NCBI GenBank assembly: GCA_965228475.1
Contig: OZ245817.1
Span: forward strand, 3,264,001-3,328,000
DNA length: 64,000 nucleotides
Direction: 5' to 3'
From: Myxococcota bacterium
Lineage (GTDB): Bacteria > Myxococcota_A > UBA9160 > JAFDDA01
Part shown: one piece after another, positions 49,401-58,004 of the stretch
Position numbering within the stretch: position 1 is the first letter of the stretch
How the letters are laid out: every line of letters starts with the position of its first letter
Translations under genes and position numbers: made by a program
The notes under the pieces: generated by a model
The model's input: the letters and a program-made list of their open reading frames with translations, nothing else
Database searches by the model: none
Told to the model about the DNA's origin: nothing

Positions 49401-50637
49401 GCTCGCGCGCCCCGGCCGGGTGGGCCTCGATCGCGGCCAGGTAGCTGCGGATGCCGCGCAGGTGCGCCGGGTTGACCCGGATCTGCCACTCGTCGGAGAA
49501 GCCCGAGAAGTCCGGCGTCGCGAAGTCGCAGAGCAGGAGCTCCTCGATGAAAGCTGCGGCGGTCTCCGGCTCGCCCGCGCGCAGGACCTCGGAGCCGAGC
49601 CGCGCGACGAGCGCCGTCGACGCGTGGGTCTCGAAGACGCCGGCGCCGCGCAGGGCGGCGAACACGTCGCGCACGAAGCGCTCGCCCTCCGCGGGGGACG
49701 CGCCAGCCGCCACCTCGCTGGCCAGGTGCGAGAGTTCCGCGACGGCGGGCTCGTGGAGCGCCGCCAGTCCGTCGTCCGAGAGCAGGTGGACGAGCCACGC
49801 CGTGCGGGCGCCGCGGTCGCCGAGCTGGCCGGCGACGTCGAGGTAGGCCCGGGCGATCTCGCTCTCGTCGGGCAGGGCGCAGAGCGGCTCCGTCGCTTCC
49901 GGCGACTCGGGGGCGAGGGCCGCGAGCGCCTCGCGCTGGCTCCGCAGGGTCGCATGGCCGAGCACGGCCATCGCATCGTTCACCTCGGCCCGGCCCGCGT
50001 CCGACGGGGCGAGCCAGGCGTTCGGGTCCTCGCGCTCGAGCCAGCTCGCGTAGGTCGCATCCAGGGACGCCGCCAAGAGGCCGCGCGCGCGGGCGCCGGC
50101 CGGGCCTCCGTCGCCGAGCGCCCGCACCAATCGCCCGAGGGCCGGCGAGAGCGCCGGAGGCGTCCCAGGGCCCCAGCCCGCGGCCAGCGCCTCGAGCCCG
50201 GTCTCGAGCACGGGCAGCATCGTCTCGAGGTGCGCGCCCGACGCGCTCGCCACCTTCTCGGCGTAGGCGAGCCCCTGGCGGGCCGCGGCCGCGCGCAGCG
50301 TCTGCGGGTGGGCCTCCCGCACGGCCCGTGCGTACAGCGAGAAGACCACGCCGATCGCCTCGGCGGCCCGCAGGTGATCGACGTGATAGGGGAAGTCCGC
50401 CATCGCGCGGCGGTGCAGCTCGGCCAGGGCTTCGGCCCAGCCGACGAACTCGTGGTTGATCTCGTGCAGGAGGCGGCGCGTGTTCTCGTGAATGCCGCGG
50501 AACTCGGCCGTGACCTCGAGCAGGACCTCCTGCTCGGGCGGGATCGTGACGGGCACCGCCGTCCGCGCGAGGTTGACCTCGAGCGCGCTCGGACCCGGCG
50601 CAGCGGGGTCCGCAGGGCTGGCTTCGTCCCGGGCCAT
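46489..50637 (-). CDS. PPDK-related dikinase with large unknown N-terminal region; lacks PEP/pyruvate-binding barrel
   Basis: LGNKG..LPVPPGFILT, LLLSVRSGSAISMPGMLDT, QSMVYGN..SGTGV, QGDDVVSG, QEIEFT, GGSTSHAAV; stops about 65 aa after the His. Confidence 0.85.
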   Translation of the reverse strand: MARDEASPADPAAPGPSALEVNLARTAVPVTIPPEQEVLLEVTAEFRGIHENTRRLLHEINHEFVGWAEALAELHRRAMADFPYHVDHLRAAEAIGVVFSLYARAVREAHPQTLRAAAARQGLAYAEKVASASGAHLETMLPVLETGLEALAAGWGPGTPPALSPALGRLVRALGDGGPAGARARGLLAASLDATYASWLEREDPNAWLAPSDAGRAEVNDAMAVLGHATLRSQREALAALAPESPEATEPLCALPDESEIARAYLDVAGQLGDRGARTAWLVHLLSDDGLAALHEPAVAELSHLASEVAAGASPAEGERFVRDVFAALRGAGVFETHASTALVARLGSEVLRAGEPETAAAFIEELLLCDFATPDFSGFSDEWQIRVNPAHLRGIRSYLAAIEAHPAGARELVAALVIHLRVGGVMIADTDLFQRDVSQLLNGGMEPVFHSVKHLLRTFPVYYDEIGAEGDLRQVSSRLDEIEGRRDALCHFLRKQCHVESNPKLADFVEAVAGYWATAEREPLRPYLPGPLYAALETDPAREGMGAVMEALVAGAPWTKLLDEEPEAIEARLAGVTAGRPEEREKVGLLFRLRRLLVQKYGFDHDDLLDRLAAFTALDAAEVQRLREALDTDDVEDALDATLGILEALKEIMTREERTEAVEDIYRKRHIAVGIPSLYGRYREQKFDAAGLTFRAGSLANTLFDRLLDSHQADCIHSAALRRVSGWLHQMLRAVRIDGCKGRGLSMGLSMLDQSLATEGTTVDQYLNVFQVLSRSVEQLVRIRYLEVYEGALSELLPRYVERGILPREPGESQEEAAMKASETFLRDLIGSSLGLQQLDMLLGRMMRSLVQVRETLSEETLELLMSYDPERACVPIEPEDHPLDGPIHLGNKGFLVKRLAGDGLPVPPGFILTREIFRCSKAIRAWPDLRREVEGELLRQIDRLEASTGLVLGDPDRPLLLSVRSGSAISMPGMLDTFLNVGINEEIATGLATRSGSDWGAWDAYRRFLQLWGMGHGLERDDFDALMRDSKTDFGAEKKAQLSAPQMRDVALRYRELLRARSVEILDDPWPQLLRCVDLVLDSWGSAKAQVYRRELQIAEEWGTAVVIQSMVYGNLHARSGTGVVMTTDPRRASTAVRLHGDFIVQAQGDDVVSGLVETYPVSEEQRVNEAPGTDVSLEKDFPKLYEAILHHARTLVHEQGMFHQEIEFTFEGDDPADLYILQSRDTVMSQVASVPAFLPSEGLEAAWLATGIGAGGGALSGRVAHNVEDVELLRRRFPDDHIILLRPDTVPDDLPLMVEADGMVTALGGSTSHAAVAALRLGKTCVVGCRELSVDERGRRSVLAGRTLETGDFISINGVDGSLYLGKHPSTIVRRQRLA

Positions 50638-50678
50638 CGGGCCTCCCAAAGGTGCCGGCCCAAGGTACCGAAAGGCCC

Positions 50679-52853
50679 CTACTTTCGGGCGGACAGCCCC
50701 TGGATGCGGCGCTTGCGCAGGCGGGTCGCATCGCGGTGGCGTCGCTCCGCCCACTCGACCTGCGCCTCGTGGCTCGCGCGGCCCTTGCGCCCCTTCGCTT
50801 CGCCGCTGCGCTGGACGTAGCTGCCGTCCGGTCGCATGTCCCAGGCGCTGCGCTGGTCCCCGAGCTGGGTATCGAGGACGTGGCGCAGCTCGGCCTGGAG
50901 TTCGGGCTTCTCGACCGGAGCCAGCACCTCGACCCGGCTCTCGAGGTTGCGCTTCATGGCGTCCGCCGAGCCGATGTAGTACTCGGGCTCCCCGCCGTTC
51001 GCGAAGTAGTAGATCCGGGCGTGTTCGAGGAAGCGGCCGACGACGCTGATCACCCGGGCGCTCTCGGAGAGCCCCTCGATCCCCGGCCGCAGGCGGCAGG
51101 TATCCCGGACGATCAGATCGACCTTCACCCCGGCCTGGGACGCCCGGTAGAGCGCCTGGGTCACGTCCGCATCCTCGAGCGCGTTCATCTTCATCTGGAT
51201 GTGGCCGTTCTGCGTGCTCGACTGATGCCGGATCTCGCGCTCGATCTTCCCGAGGATGGCCGGCTTCAACACCGTCGGCGCCGGCAGCAGCTTCCGGTAC
51301 GTGCGGCGCGGCTTGTACCCGGTCGTCAGGTAGTTGAAGAGCTCGGTCGCGTCCTGACCGATCTCTTCGTCGGCGGTGAGCAGGCCGTGGTCCGAGTAGA
51401 TGCGCGACGTCTGGGCGTTGTAGTTCCCCGTCCCGATGTGGCAGTAGCGGCGCAGGCCGTCGTAGTCCTGCCGGACCACGAGGATGACCTTGCAGTGCGT
51501 CTTCAAGCCGACGACGCCGTAGGTGACGTGGATCCCGCGCTCCTCGAGGCGGTTCGCGAAACGGATGTTCGCGTCCTCGTCGAAGCGCGCCTTCAGCTCG
51601 ACCACCACCGCGACCTGCTTGCCGTTGCGCGCGGCGCGGATGAGGTGCTCGACGATGCCCGAGTCGTCCGAGGTGCGATAGATCGTCATCTTGATCGCGC
51701 GCACCTTCGGGTCGTCGGCCGCTTCACGCAGGAAGCGCTCGACGGAGGCGCCGAAGGATTCGTAGGGGTGGTGGAGCAGGATCGAGCCCTCGTCCCGCAC
51801 CACGTGGAAGACGTTCCGGTCCGTCACGAGGGCCGGCGGGGCGACCGGCGCGTGCTTCGGGTCGCGCAGCTCCGGGATCGGCAGGAAGGCGAGTTCCATC
51901 AGATCGGCCATGCCGAGCATGCCGTCCACGTCCTGGACGTCGGAGACCTCGTCGAGGCCGAGCTCCGCCGCGAGCATGCCGCGGTGGAGCGCCGCCATGC
52001 CCTTCTCCACCTGCAGCCGGACGATCGGCGCGAACTGGCGCGCGCGCAGCTCGGTCTCGATCAGCGCCATCAGGTCTTCCGCGCCCTCTTCGTCCTGCTC
52101 GGTGTTCGCGTTCCGCGTCACCCGGAAGAGCTCGCAGCCGTCGATCTCCATGCCGGGGAAGAGCAGGTCGAGGTTCGCGGCCATCACCTCCTCGAGCGGG
52201 ACGAAGCGGTGGCCGACGCCGACCTGCAGGAACCGCGGGACGCCCTTGCCGACGGGCACCTTGACCCGGGCCAGCATGGACGCCGGATCCTTCGGGTGAT
52301 GGAGCGTGACGAGGAGGTTCAGCGAGAGGTTCGAGATGAACGGAAACGGATGCGCCGGGTCCATCGCCTGGGGCGTGACCAGCGGGAAGATGCTCGAGAA
52401 GTAGAGCTCGCGAACGGCCTCCCGCTCGCGCTCGCCGAGATCCGCATGATGCACCAGCTCGACGCCGTTCTCCGCCAGCAGGCCGAGCACCGTCGAGAGC
52501 TCCTTGCGCTTGCGGGCTTCGATGTCGCGGACGATCTCCTCGCACTCGACGATCTGCTCTTCCGGCGTGCGTCCGTCGACGGTGCGCGTTCCGATGCCGG
52601 CACCCACCTGCTGCTTCAGACCGCCGATGCGCTTCTGGAAGAACTCGTCGAGGTTCGAAGAGACGATGGCGATGAACTTGAGCCGGTCGAGCAGCGGCGT
52701 CCGCTCGTCTTCCGCCTCGGCCAGGACGCGGCGATTGAAGGCCAGCCACGTGAACTCACGGTTCAGGTAGAGCTCGGGCGCCCGCAGGTCCCGGCCGGGC
52801 TCCTGGGCCGAGAGGGCCTCCGCCTCGAGCTGTTCGCGCATCTCTTTCTTCAT
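50679..52853 (-). CDS. ppk1: Polyphosphate kinase 1
   Basis: NREFTWLAFNRRV, NLDEFF, HPFPFISN, HHPYESF, ELKARFDE, KTHCK, GRFLEH. Confidence 0.97.
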   Translation of the reverse strand: MKKEMREQLEAEALSAQEPGRDLRAPELYLNREFTWLAFNRRVLAEAEDERTPLLDRLKFIAIVSSNLDEFFQKRIGGLKQQVGAGIGTRTVDGRTPEEQIVECEEIVRDIEARKRKELSTVLGLLAENGVELVHHADLGEREREAVRELYFSSIFPLVTPQAMDPAHPFPFISNLSLNLLVTLHHPKDPASMLARVKVPVGKGVPRFLQVGVGHRFVPLEEVMAANLDLLFPGMEIDGCELFRVTRNANTEQDEEGAEDLMALIETELRARQFAPIVRLQVEKGMAALHRGMLAAELGLDEVSDVQDVDGMLGMADLMELAFLPIPELRDPKHAPVAPPALVTDRNVFHVVRDEGSILLHHPYESFGASVERFLREAADDPKVRAIKMTIYRTSDDSGIVEHLIRAARNGKQVAVVVELKARFDEDANIRFANRLEERGIHVTYGVVGLKTHCKVILVVRQDYDGLRRYCHIGTGNYNAQTSRIYSDHGLLTADEEIGQDATELFNYLTTGYKPRRTYRKLLPAPTVLKPAILGKIEREIRHQSSTQNGHIQMKMNALEDADVTQALYRASQAGVKVDLIVRDTCRLRPGIEGLSESARVISVVGRFLEHARIYYFANGGEPEYYIGSADAMKRNLESRVEVLAPVEKPELQAELRHVLDTQLGDQRSAWDMRPDGSYVQRSGEAKGRKGRASHEAQVEWAERRHRDATRLRKRRIQGLSARK

Positions 52854-52869
52854 GCCTTCTCCTGCCACC

Positions 52870-54339
52870 TCAAAGCGCCCGTTCGAGCTGCTTCGCCAGC
52901 GTCTTCACGATCTCGACGCGTGCGTACCGCTTGTCGTTTCCGGGGATGATCGTCCAGGGCGCGGCGCTCGTGCTCGTGCGCTCGATCATGTCGTGCACGG
53001 CCCGGGCGTATTCGTCCCACCGCTCCCGGTTGCGCCAGTCCTCGTCCGTGAGCTTCCACGCCTTGTGCGGAATCATCTTCCGCTCCTCGAAGCGGCGGAG
53101 CTGCTCGTCGGCGTCGATGTGGACCCAGAACTTCGCCAGGACGATCCCCCGATCGACGAGCTGGCGCTCGAAGAGGTTGATCTCCTTGTAGGCGCGCTCC
53201 CATTCTTCTTCGGAAGCGAAGCCTTCCACGCGCTCGACCAGGACCCGCCCGTACCAGGAACGGTCGAACAGGGCGACCTCGCCGGCCCCCGGCACGTGGC
53301 GCCAGAAGCGCCACAGGTAGTGGTGCGCGCGCTCCTCGTCGGTCGGAGCCGCGAAGGGGTAGACCCGGACGGAGGACACGTCGAGGGCCCGCACGACGCG
53401 CCGGATCGCCCCGCCCTTCCCCGCCGCGTCCCAGCCCTCGAACACCCCGAGCATCGCGGTGCCCTTCTTCTGGGCCGCGCGGTGGGCCTGGTTGAGCCGT
53501 GCCTGGGCCTTCTTGAGCTGGCTCTTGTACTCGCCGCTCTCGAGCTTCTTCGAAACGTCGACGGCGTCGAGCACCGTGACGCTGTTCGAGGTCGAGACCG
53601 CCTCGATCTTCTTCTCGGCGCGCTCCGCCGGTTTGGCCGCCAGGCGCTCCCGGATGGACGCGAGCAACAGCTCTCCGACCCGGAGGCTGCGGTAGCGCTC
53701 GTTCTCGCCTTCGACGATGTGCCAGGGCGCGCGCCCCGTGCTCGTGCGCGAGATGATCGTCTCGGCGGTCGCGATGAACGAGTCGTACCGCTTCCAGTGG
53801 TCCCAATCCTTCTTCGTCACCCGCCAGCGCTGGAGCGGATCCTTCTCGAGCTTCTTGAAGCGCCGCTTCTGGGCGTCGCGAGAGAGATGCATCCAGAACT
53901 TCAGGATCAGCGTCCCGTCGTTGGCGAGCATGCGCTCGAAGGCCTCGATCTCGTCGAGGGCGCGTTCGAGATCGGCGTCCTTGCCGCCCTTCGCATGGTC
54001 GAGAAGCGGGCGCGAGTACCAGGCCGAAAGCAGGATGCCGATCTGCCCCCGCGGCGGCAGCGCACGCCAGAAGCGCCAGAAGCGCGGGCGTTCGCGCGAC
54101 GCCTGCATCGGCGCCTTGAAGGCGCGCGTCATGATCCAGCGCGGGTCCATCCACTCGTTGAGGAGCTGCGCCGTCTCGCTCTTGCCCCCGCCGTCGACGC
54201 CGCCGAAGAGGATGATGACGGGGAAGTTCGCGCTCTTGAGTTCCTGCTGGACCATCAGCAGCGCCGTGCGGAGCTTCTCCTCCCGTTCGCGGTACTCGTC
54301 CTTGCCGACCCTGCGGCCCAGCTCCGCCGTCTCGAACAC
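52870..54339 (-). CDS. pap: Two-domain PPK2, polyphosphate:AMP phosphotransferase (class II)
   Basis: GGAGG SD then GTG; FETAELG start; two PPK2 domains (GVDGGGKS; EGWDAAGKGG, DRSWY). Confidence 0.92.
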   Translation of the reverse strand: MFETAELGRRVGKDEYREREEKLRTALLMVQQELKSANFPVIILFGGVDGGGKSETAQLLNEWMDPRWIMTRAFKAPMQASRERPRFWRFWRALPPRGQIGILLSAWYSRPLLDHAKGGKDADLERALDEIEAFERMLANDGTLILKFWMHLSRDAQKRRFKKLEKDPLQRWRVTKKDWDHWKRYDSFIATAETIISRTSTGRAPWHIVEGENERYRSLRVGELLLASIRERLAAKPAERAEKKIEAVSTSNSVTVLDAVDVSKKLESGEYKSQLKKAQARLNQAHRAAQKKGTAMLGVFEGWDAAGKGGAIRRVVRALDVSSVRVYPFAAPTDEERAHHYLWRFWRHVPGAGEVALFDRSWYGRVLVERVEGFASEEEWERAYKEINLFERQLVDRGIVLAKFWVHIDADEQLRRFEERKMIPHKAWKLTDEDWRNRERWDEYARAVHDMIERTSTSAAPWTIIPGNDKRYARVEIVKTLAKQLERAL

Positions 54340-54489
54340 GTCGCCTCCCTGGCACGGGGGCAGAGGCCCCCGCACGAACGGTATCGTCGAAGCGGCGCTT
54401 CGGCTTGCCTCGGAATCGCCCCAACGGCCCGGCTCCGGGGCCCGCACTGTGCGCTCGCGCGCGGTCCGGGACAGAATGCCTCGTGGCCG

Positions 54490-55971
54490 CTAACGGATCC
54501 CTCGCTCGCGCAGGGCCTCCTGGATCTCGAGAACGCGCCCGCGATCGAGGTCGTAGCGGCGGAAGTAGACGAGGGACGCGGTCACGAGCACGGCGAGCGA
54601 GAGCGCGCTCGCGAGGCCGAGATCGTGCACGACGTCGATGTGGACCTCGGCCGGGTCCGTGCCCGGCACGAGGCCGACGACGTCGAGGATCACGCCCGCG
54701 ATCTGCGCGCCCAACCCGAAGACGAGCTTCGCGGCGAAGGAAGACGCGCCGAAGAAGACCCCCTCCCGGCGCCGGCCGAAGCGGAGCGCATCTTCTTCCG
54801 CGACGTCGGCCATCATCGACTGCCCCGTCACCATCGCCGAAGCCAGGAAGAAGTGCGCGATGCCCCCCGTCACGACCACCCAGAGCGCGATGCTCGCCGG
54901 CCCCCCGAGCTCGGGCCAGAACCCGGCGATCACCAGCAGGTAGGGAATGACGACGAAGACCACATAGCCCGTCATGCCCGAGATGAAGACGGGCTTCTTG
55001 TCCGTCCGGGCCGCGCGGCGCGTCCAGTAGACCAGCCCGGAGAAGATGCCGACTCCCGTCGCGACGCCCCACACCACCATCTGGTCCGTCGACGCCTTCC
55101 AGAAGTACGTCCCGGTGTGGAGGCCGAGCGTCACCGCCACGCCCCAGGCGGTGAAGAGCAAGGCCGTGCCGAAGAAGAGCGCGCGGAAGGAGGCGAGCGT
55201 GAGCGCCTCGCGCGTGTCCGTCCAGACCGAGCGCCACACGCTCTGGGTCTGCACGACCGGCTCGCGCAGGTAGGGCACCCGGTCGCGCGTCTTCCACGCC
55301 GTCCCGAAGACGAGCACCACCATGGCGACGCTGCACAGGAGTGCGTAGGTCGGGTAGGCGGCGGGGTCGAAGCGCCCGTCCGGGAAGGCCTCGCTCGGGC
55401 GCATCAGTACGAGGAAGGCGAAGCCTGGGAAGATCGCCGCGCTGCGCGCGAAGGCGTGGCGCAGGGTCACGAGCAGCGTGCGCTCTTCGTAGTCGTCGGT
55501 CAGCTCGGCGCCGAGGGAGAGGTGCGGCACGTGGAAGAGCGTCACGGAGCCACGGCAGAGCACCGTGAAGGTCAAGAGCCAGGCGAACAGGCCGTAGTCC
55601 CCGAGCCCCTCCGGCGGCGAGAAGGCCAGGTAGAACGTCAGACCGAGCGGGATCGCCGAGGCGAACAGGTAGGGGTGCCGCCGGCCGAGCCGCGAGCGCG
55701 TGCGGTCCGAGAGCACCCCGACCAGCGGGTCCGTGACGGCGTCGAAGACCAGGGAGATCAGGATGGCGAGGCCCGCGAGCGAGCCCGGCATCCCGAGGAC
55801 CTGGTTGTAGTAGAAGAGCAGGAACGTCGCGAAGGACTCGTTCTTGATGCCCTCGGCCATCTGGCCGCTCGCGTACCAGAGGCGCGTGGCCCGGGAGAGC
55901 GGCGGCGCGGCGGGCACCGCGCCGGGAGCGGGCGCTGTCGTGGCTTCGGCGGGGGTCACGGGCCCGGGCAT
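54490..55971 (-). CDS. MFS transporter, GPH (glycoside-pentoside-hexuronide) family
   Basis: DAVTDPLVGVLSDRTRSRLGRRHPY, ELTDDYEERT, SMMADV..RREGVF. Confidence 0.9.
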   Translation of the reverse strand: MPGPVTPAEATTAPAPGAVPAAPPLSRATRLWYASGQMAEGIKNESFATFLLFYYNQVLGMPGSLAGLAILISLVFDAVTDPLVGVLSDRTRSRLGRRHPYLFASAIPLGLTFYLAFSPPEGLGDYGLFAWLLTFTVLCRGSVTLFHVPHLSLGAELTDDYEERTLLVTLRHAFARSAAIFPGFAFLVLMRPSEAFPDGRFDPAAYPTYALLCSVAMVVLVFGTAWKTRDRVPYLREPVVQTQSVWRSVWTDTREALTLASFRALFFGTALLFTAWGVAVTLGLHTGTYFWKASTDQMVVWGVATGVGIFSGLVYWTRRAARTDKKPVFISGMTGYVVFVVIPYLLVIAGFWPELGGPASIALWVVVTGGIAHFFLASAMVTGQSMMADVAEEDALRFGRRREGVFFGASSFAAKLVFGLGAQIAGVILDVVGLVPGTDPAEVHIDVVHDLGLASALSLAVLVTASLVYFRRYDLDRGRVLEIQEALRERGIR

Positions 55972-56030
55972 ATTGGGACCCCGCCCCGCGAGCGGCAACC
56001 CATCGTCGTGCTAAATTCGCCGACCGCCGC

Positions 56031-56122
56031 GGAGGGGTGGCGGAGTCCGGTTGAACGTGCCTGACTCGAAATCAGGTGAGGGGGCAACTCCTCCGTGGGT
56101 TCGAATCCCACCCCCTCCGCCA
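56031..56122 (+). tRNA. tRNA-Ser (anticodon CGA)
   Basis: Acceptor GGAGGGG/CCCCTCC, anticodon arm CCTGA-CTCGAAA-TCAGG, long variable arm, GGTTCGAATCC, G-CCA end; TGCTAAATT extended -10 upstream. Confidence 0.96.
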
Positions 56123-56270
56123 GCTCGCGGGCGTTCCTGCCCGGGACCTCGCTGCGACCTTCCATGCCCCTACGCGCGGGAAACCGCTGGCCAGGTGTGC
56201 GGCAAGGGTCTGCTAGGGTCGGCCGGCCGGTCGGCTGCGGACGCATCGCGCCGACGACGAGGAACGAGCG

Positions 56271-57881
56271 ATGAGTTCGGCTGAGCCGTTCGATCCAGAT
56301 TCATTGTTGTCCCTGCTCGACGGGCTCTATCCCCGTTTCATGGGCCAGATCGACCGCGACCCGGATTCGCCCACCTACGGCTCCTGTGACCGCGGCTTCT
56401 GGATGTACCGCCTGCACGACTTCGATTCGGGCGTGGTTCAGCAGGCCAGCCTTGCGCTCGCCGCGCTGCATGCCCTGGCAGAGCACACGGACTTCGCCGG
56501 CTGCCGCTACCTCGATCGGAAGCAGGCGCCGTACTGGAAGGAACTGGCAGAGGCCGTCAACCGCAGGAACGTTGCGGTGATGGACAAGCGGGGACTGCTC
56601 GACGAGTACTACCCGGGCGAGCGCTCGTTCCCTGCCAGCGTGTTCGCGAGCTACGCGACGCTGAAATCCGCCGCGATGCTCGGACAGCAGACGATCGTCG
56701 AACACGGCCGACTCGACGCCACCGCCCGGGACTTCGCCCAACGCGAGCCGTCGCCGGCGGGGAACCAGGATTCCGCGGCAGCGGCCTTCCTGGCCCTGCG
56801 CGTGGCCCTCGGGCGGGATCCGAGCGGTGAAGCGCAAGCGGCTGCACGGCGCCTGGTGGAGCGCAAGCGCTTTGCCGGCCGCTTCCTCGAGTACGGGGGT
56901 GCGGACCTCGGCTACCTGACCGTGACCCTGAACTATCTCGGCTACCTCCATGCCGACGGCGGCATCGACGTCTCGGGCCCGCTTGTCGAGACCGCCCGAT
57001 TCATCGCCGACTTCATCACGCCGTCTGGACACCTGGGCGGCGAGTACGCGTCGCGCAGCACGACCTATGCCCTCCCCTTCGGAGTCCTGGCCGCGGCGCG
57101 GTGCGATCCTGCATTGGCCGCCCGACTCGCGCCCCTCGACGTGGCGGACGTATTCGCGCGCTTCGACGACCGCTATCTCATGCACTACAGCCTGGCATCC
57201 CTGGCGATGACGGTGCTCGACCTCCATCGGCAGGGCCGGCCGGAGGTGGCCCCCACCGAGACATCAGGCGAATGGTCCATCCGCAACGACGAAGCCGTGG
57301 GACTCCTGCTCGCGCGGCGCGGGCGTTCCTTCCTCGCCGCGGCGCCGCACAAGGGCGGCTCGCTCCAGGTCGACGGACCCGAGGGCGTCGTCGTCGATTG
57401 CGGCTACCGGATCGAACGCGACGGAGCGACCTACGCGACCTGCGTCTTGGACGACGGTGCCGAGACCCGCTTCGAGGAGCAACCCGGCGCCATCGAGCTA
57501 TCCGTGGACGCGCGCTTTCTCCGATACAAGGAGTTGGTCGCAAGCCCGTTGAAGACCATCGTGCTCCGCCTTCTGGGTCTACTCGGTCCGTGGCTCAACG
57601 CCTACTTCAAGCGCGTCCTCATCCAGGACGCCCAGGTTCTGGACGGCGTCCGGCTACGACGGAAGGTGCGGCTCGACCTCGAGCGAGGCGAGTTGACGGT
57701 GGCGGACGACGTCGAGGGAATGTCGGCGGGCGACCGGCTGTCGATCGCGCCCGCGGCCAGCCTCCGCCTGGTACCCAGCGCGAAGTTTCACCAGGCCGGC
57801 GAGGCCGAAGCCCATGTTGCGCGCGGGGAATCCGGCGCACCCTCCATGCCGCGGCGTCGGCGCTTCCGACTGCCCGCCTAG
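56271..57881 (+). CDS. Hypothetical protein of glycan cluster (possible alpha-toroid + beta-sandwich glycan-modifying enzyme)
   Basis: GAGGA SD; DRDPDSPTYGSCDRGFW, EYGGADLGY, GGEYASRST conserved-looking blocks. Confidence 0.65.
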   Translation: MSSAEPFDPDSLLSLLDGLYPRFMGQIDRDPDSPTYGSCDRGFWMYRLHDFDSGVVQQASLALAALHALAEHTDFAGCRYLDRKQAPYWKELAEAVNRRNVAVMDKRGLLDEYYPGERSFPASVFASYATLKSAAMLGQQTIVEHGRLDATARDFAQREPSPAGNQDSAAAAFLALRVALGRDPSGEAQAAARRLVERKRFAGRFLEYGGADLGYLTVTLNYLGYLHADGGIDVSGPLVETARFIADFITPSGHLGGEYASRSTTYALPFGVLAAARCDPALAARLAPLDVADVFARFDDRYLMHYSLASLAMTVLDLHRQGRPEVAPTETSGEWSIRNDEAVGLLLARRGRSFLAAAPHKGGSLQVDGPEGVVVDCGYRIERDGATYATCVLDDGAETRFEEQPGAIELSVDARFLRYKELVASPLKTIVLRLLGLLGPWLNAYFKRVLIQDAQVLDGVRLRRKVRLDLERGELTVADDVEGMSAGDRLSIAPAASLRLVPSAKFHQAGEAEAHVARGESGAPSMPRRRRFRLPA

Positions 57882-58004
57882 CCCGCTTGCGCAATCCATG
57901 CGCAGCGGCGGTGCGGCGCGCGTTCGCGATCGAGTGCACCTTGCACCGAGAGCGTTTGCGATAGAGTGTGCGCCGGCTCGCAAGGGCCTGTGCAGAGGTG
58001 GAGC

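Noticed and set aside
46489..50637. Truncated ppdK pseudogene
   Set aside because: No barrel-coding remnant follows the stop (gap starts 32 bp later) and the frame is intact for 1382 codons with catalytic motifs preserved.
46483..50820. 1445-aa + strand ORF, and similar long ORFs such as 52852-56064, 30766-33213 and 47465-50731
   Set aside because: Antisense or off-frame shadows of clear genes; stop codons are scarce in high-GC DNA and these have no motifs.
56031..56122. tRNA-Sec, or prophage attachment site
   Set aside because: Anticodon is CGA with a 7-bp acceptor stem (Ser). No integrase or duplicated tRNA 3' end is visible in the window.
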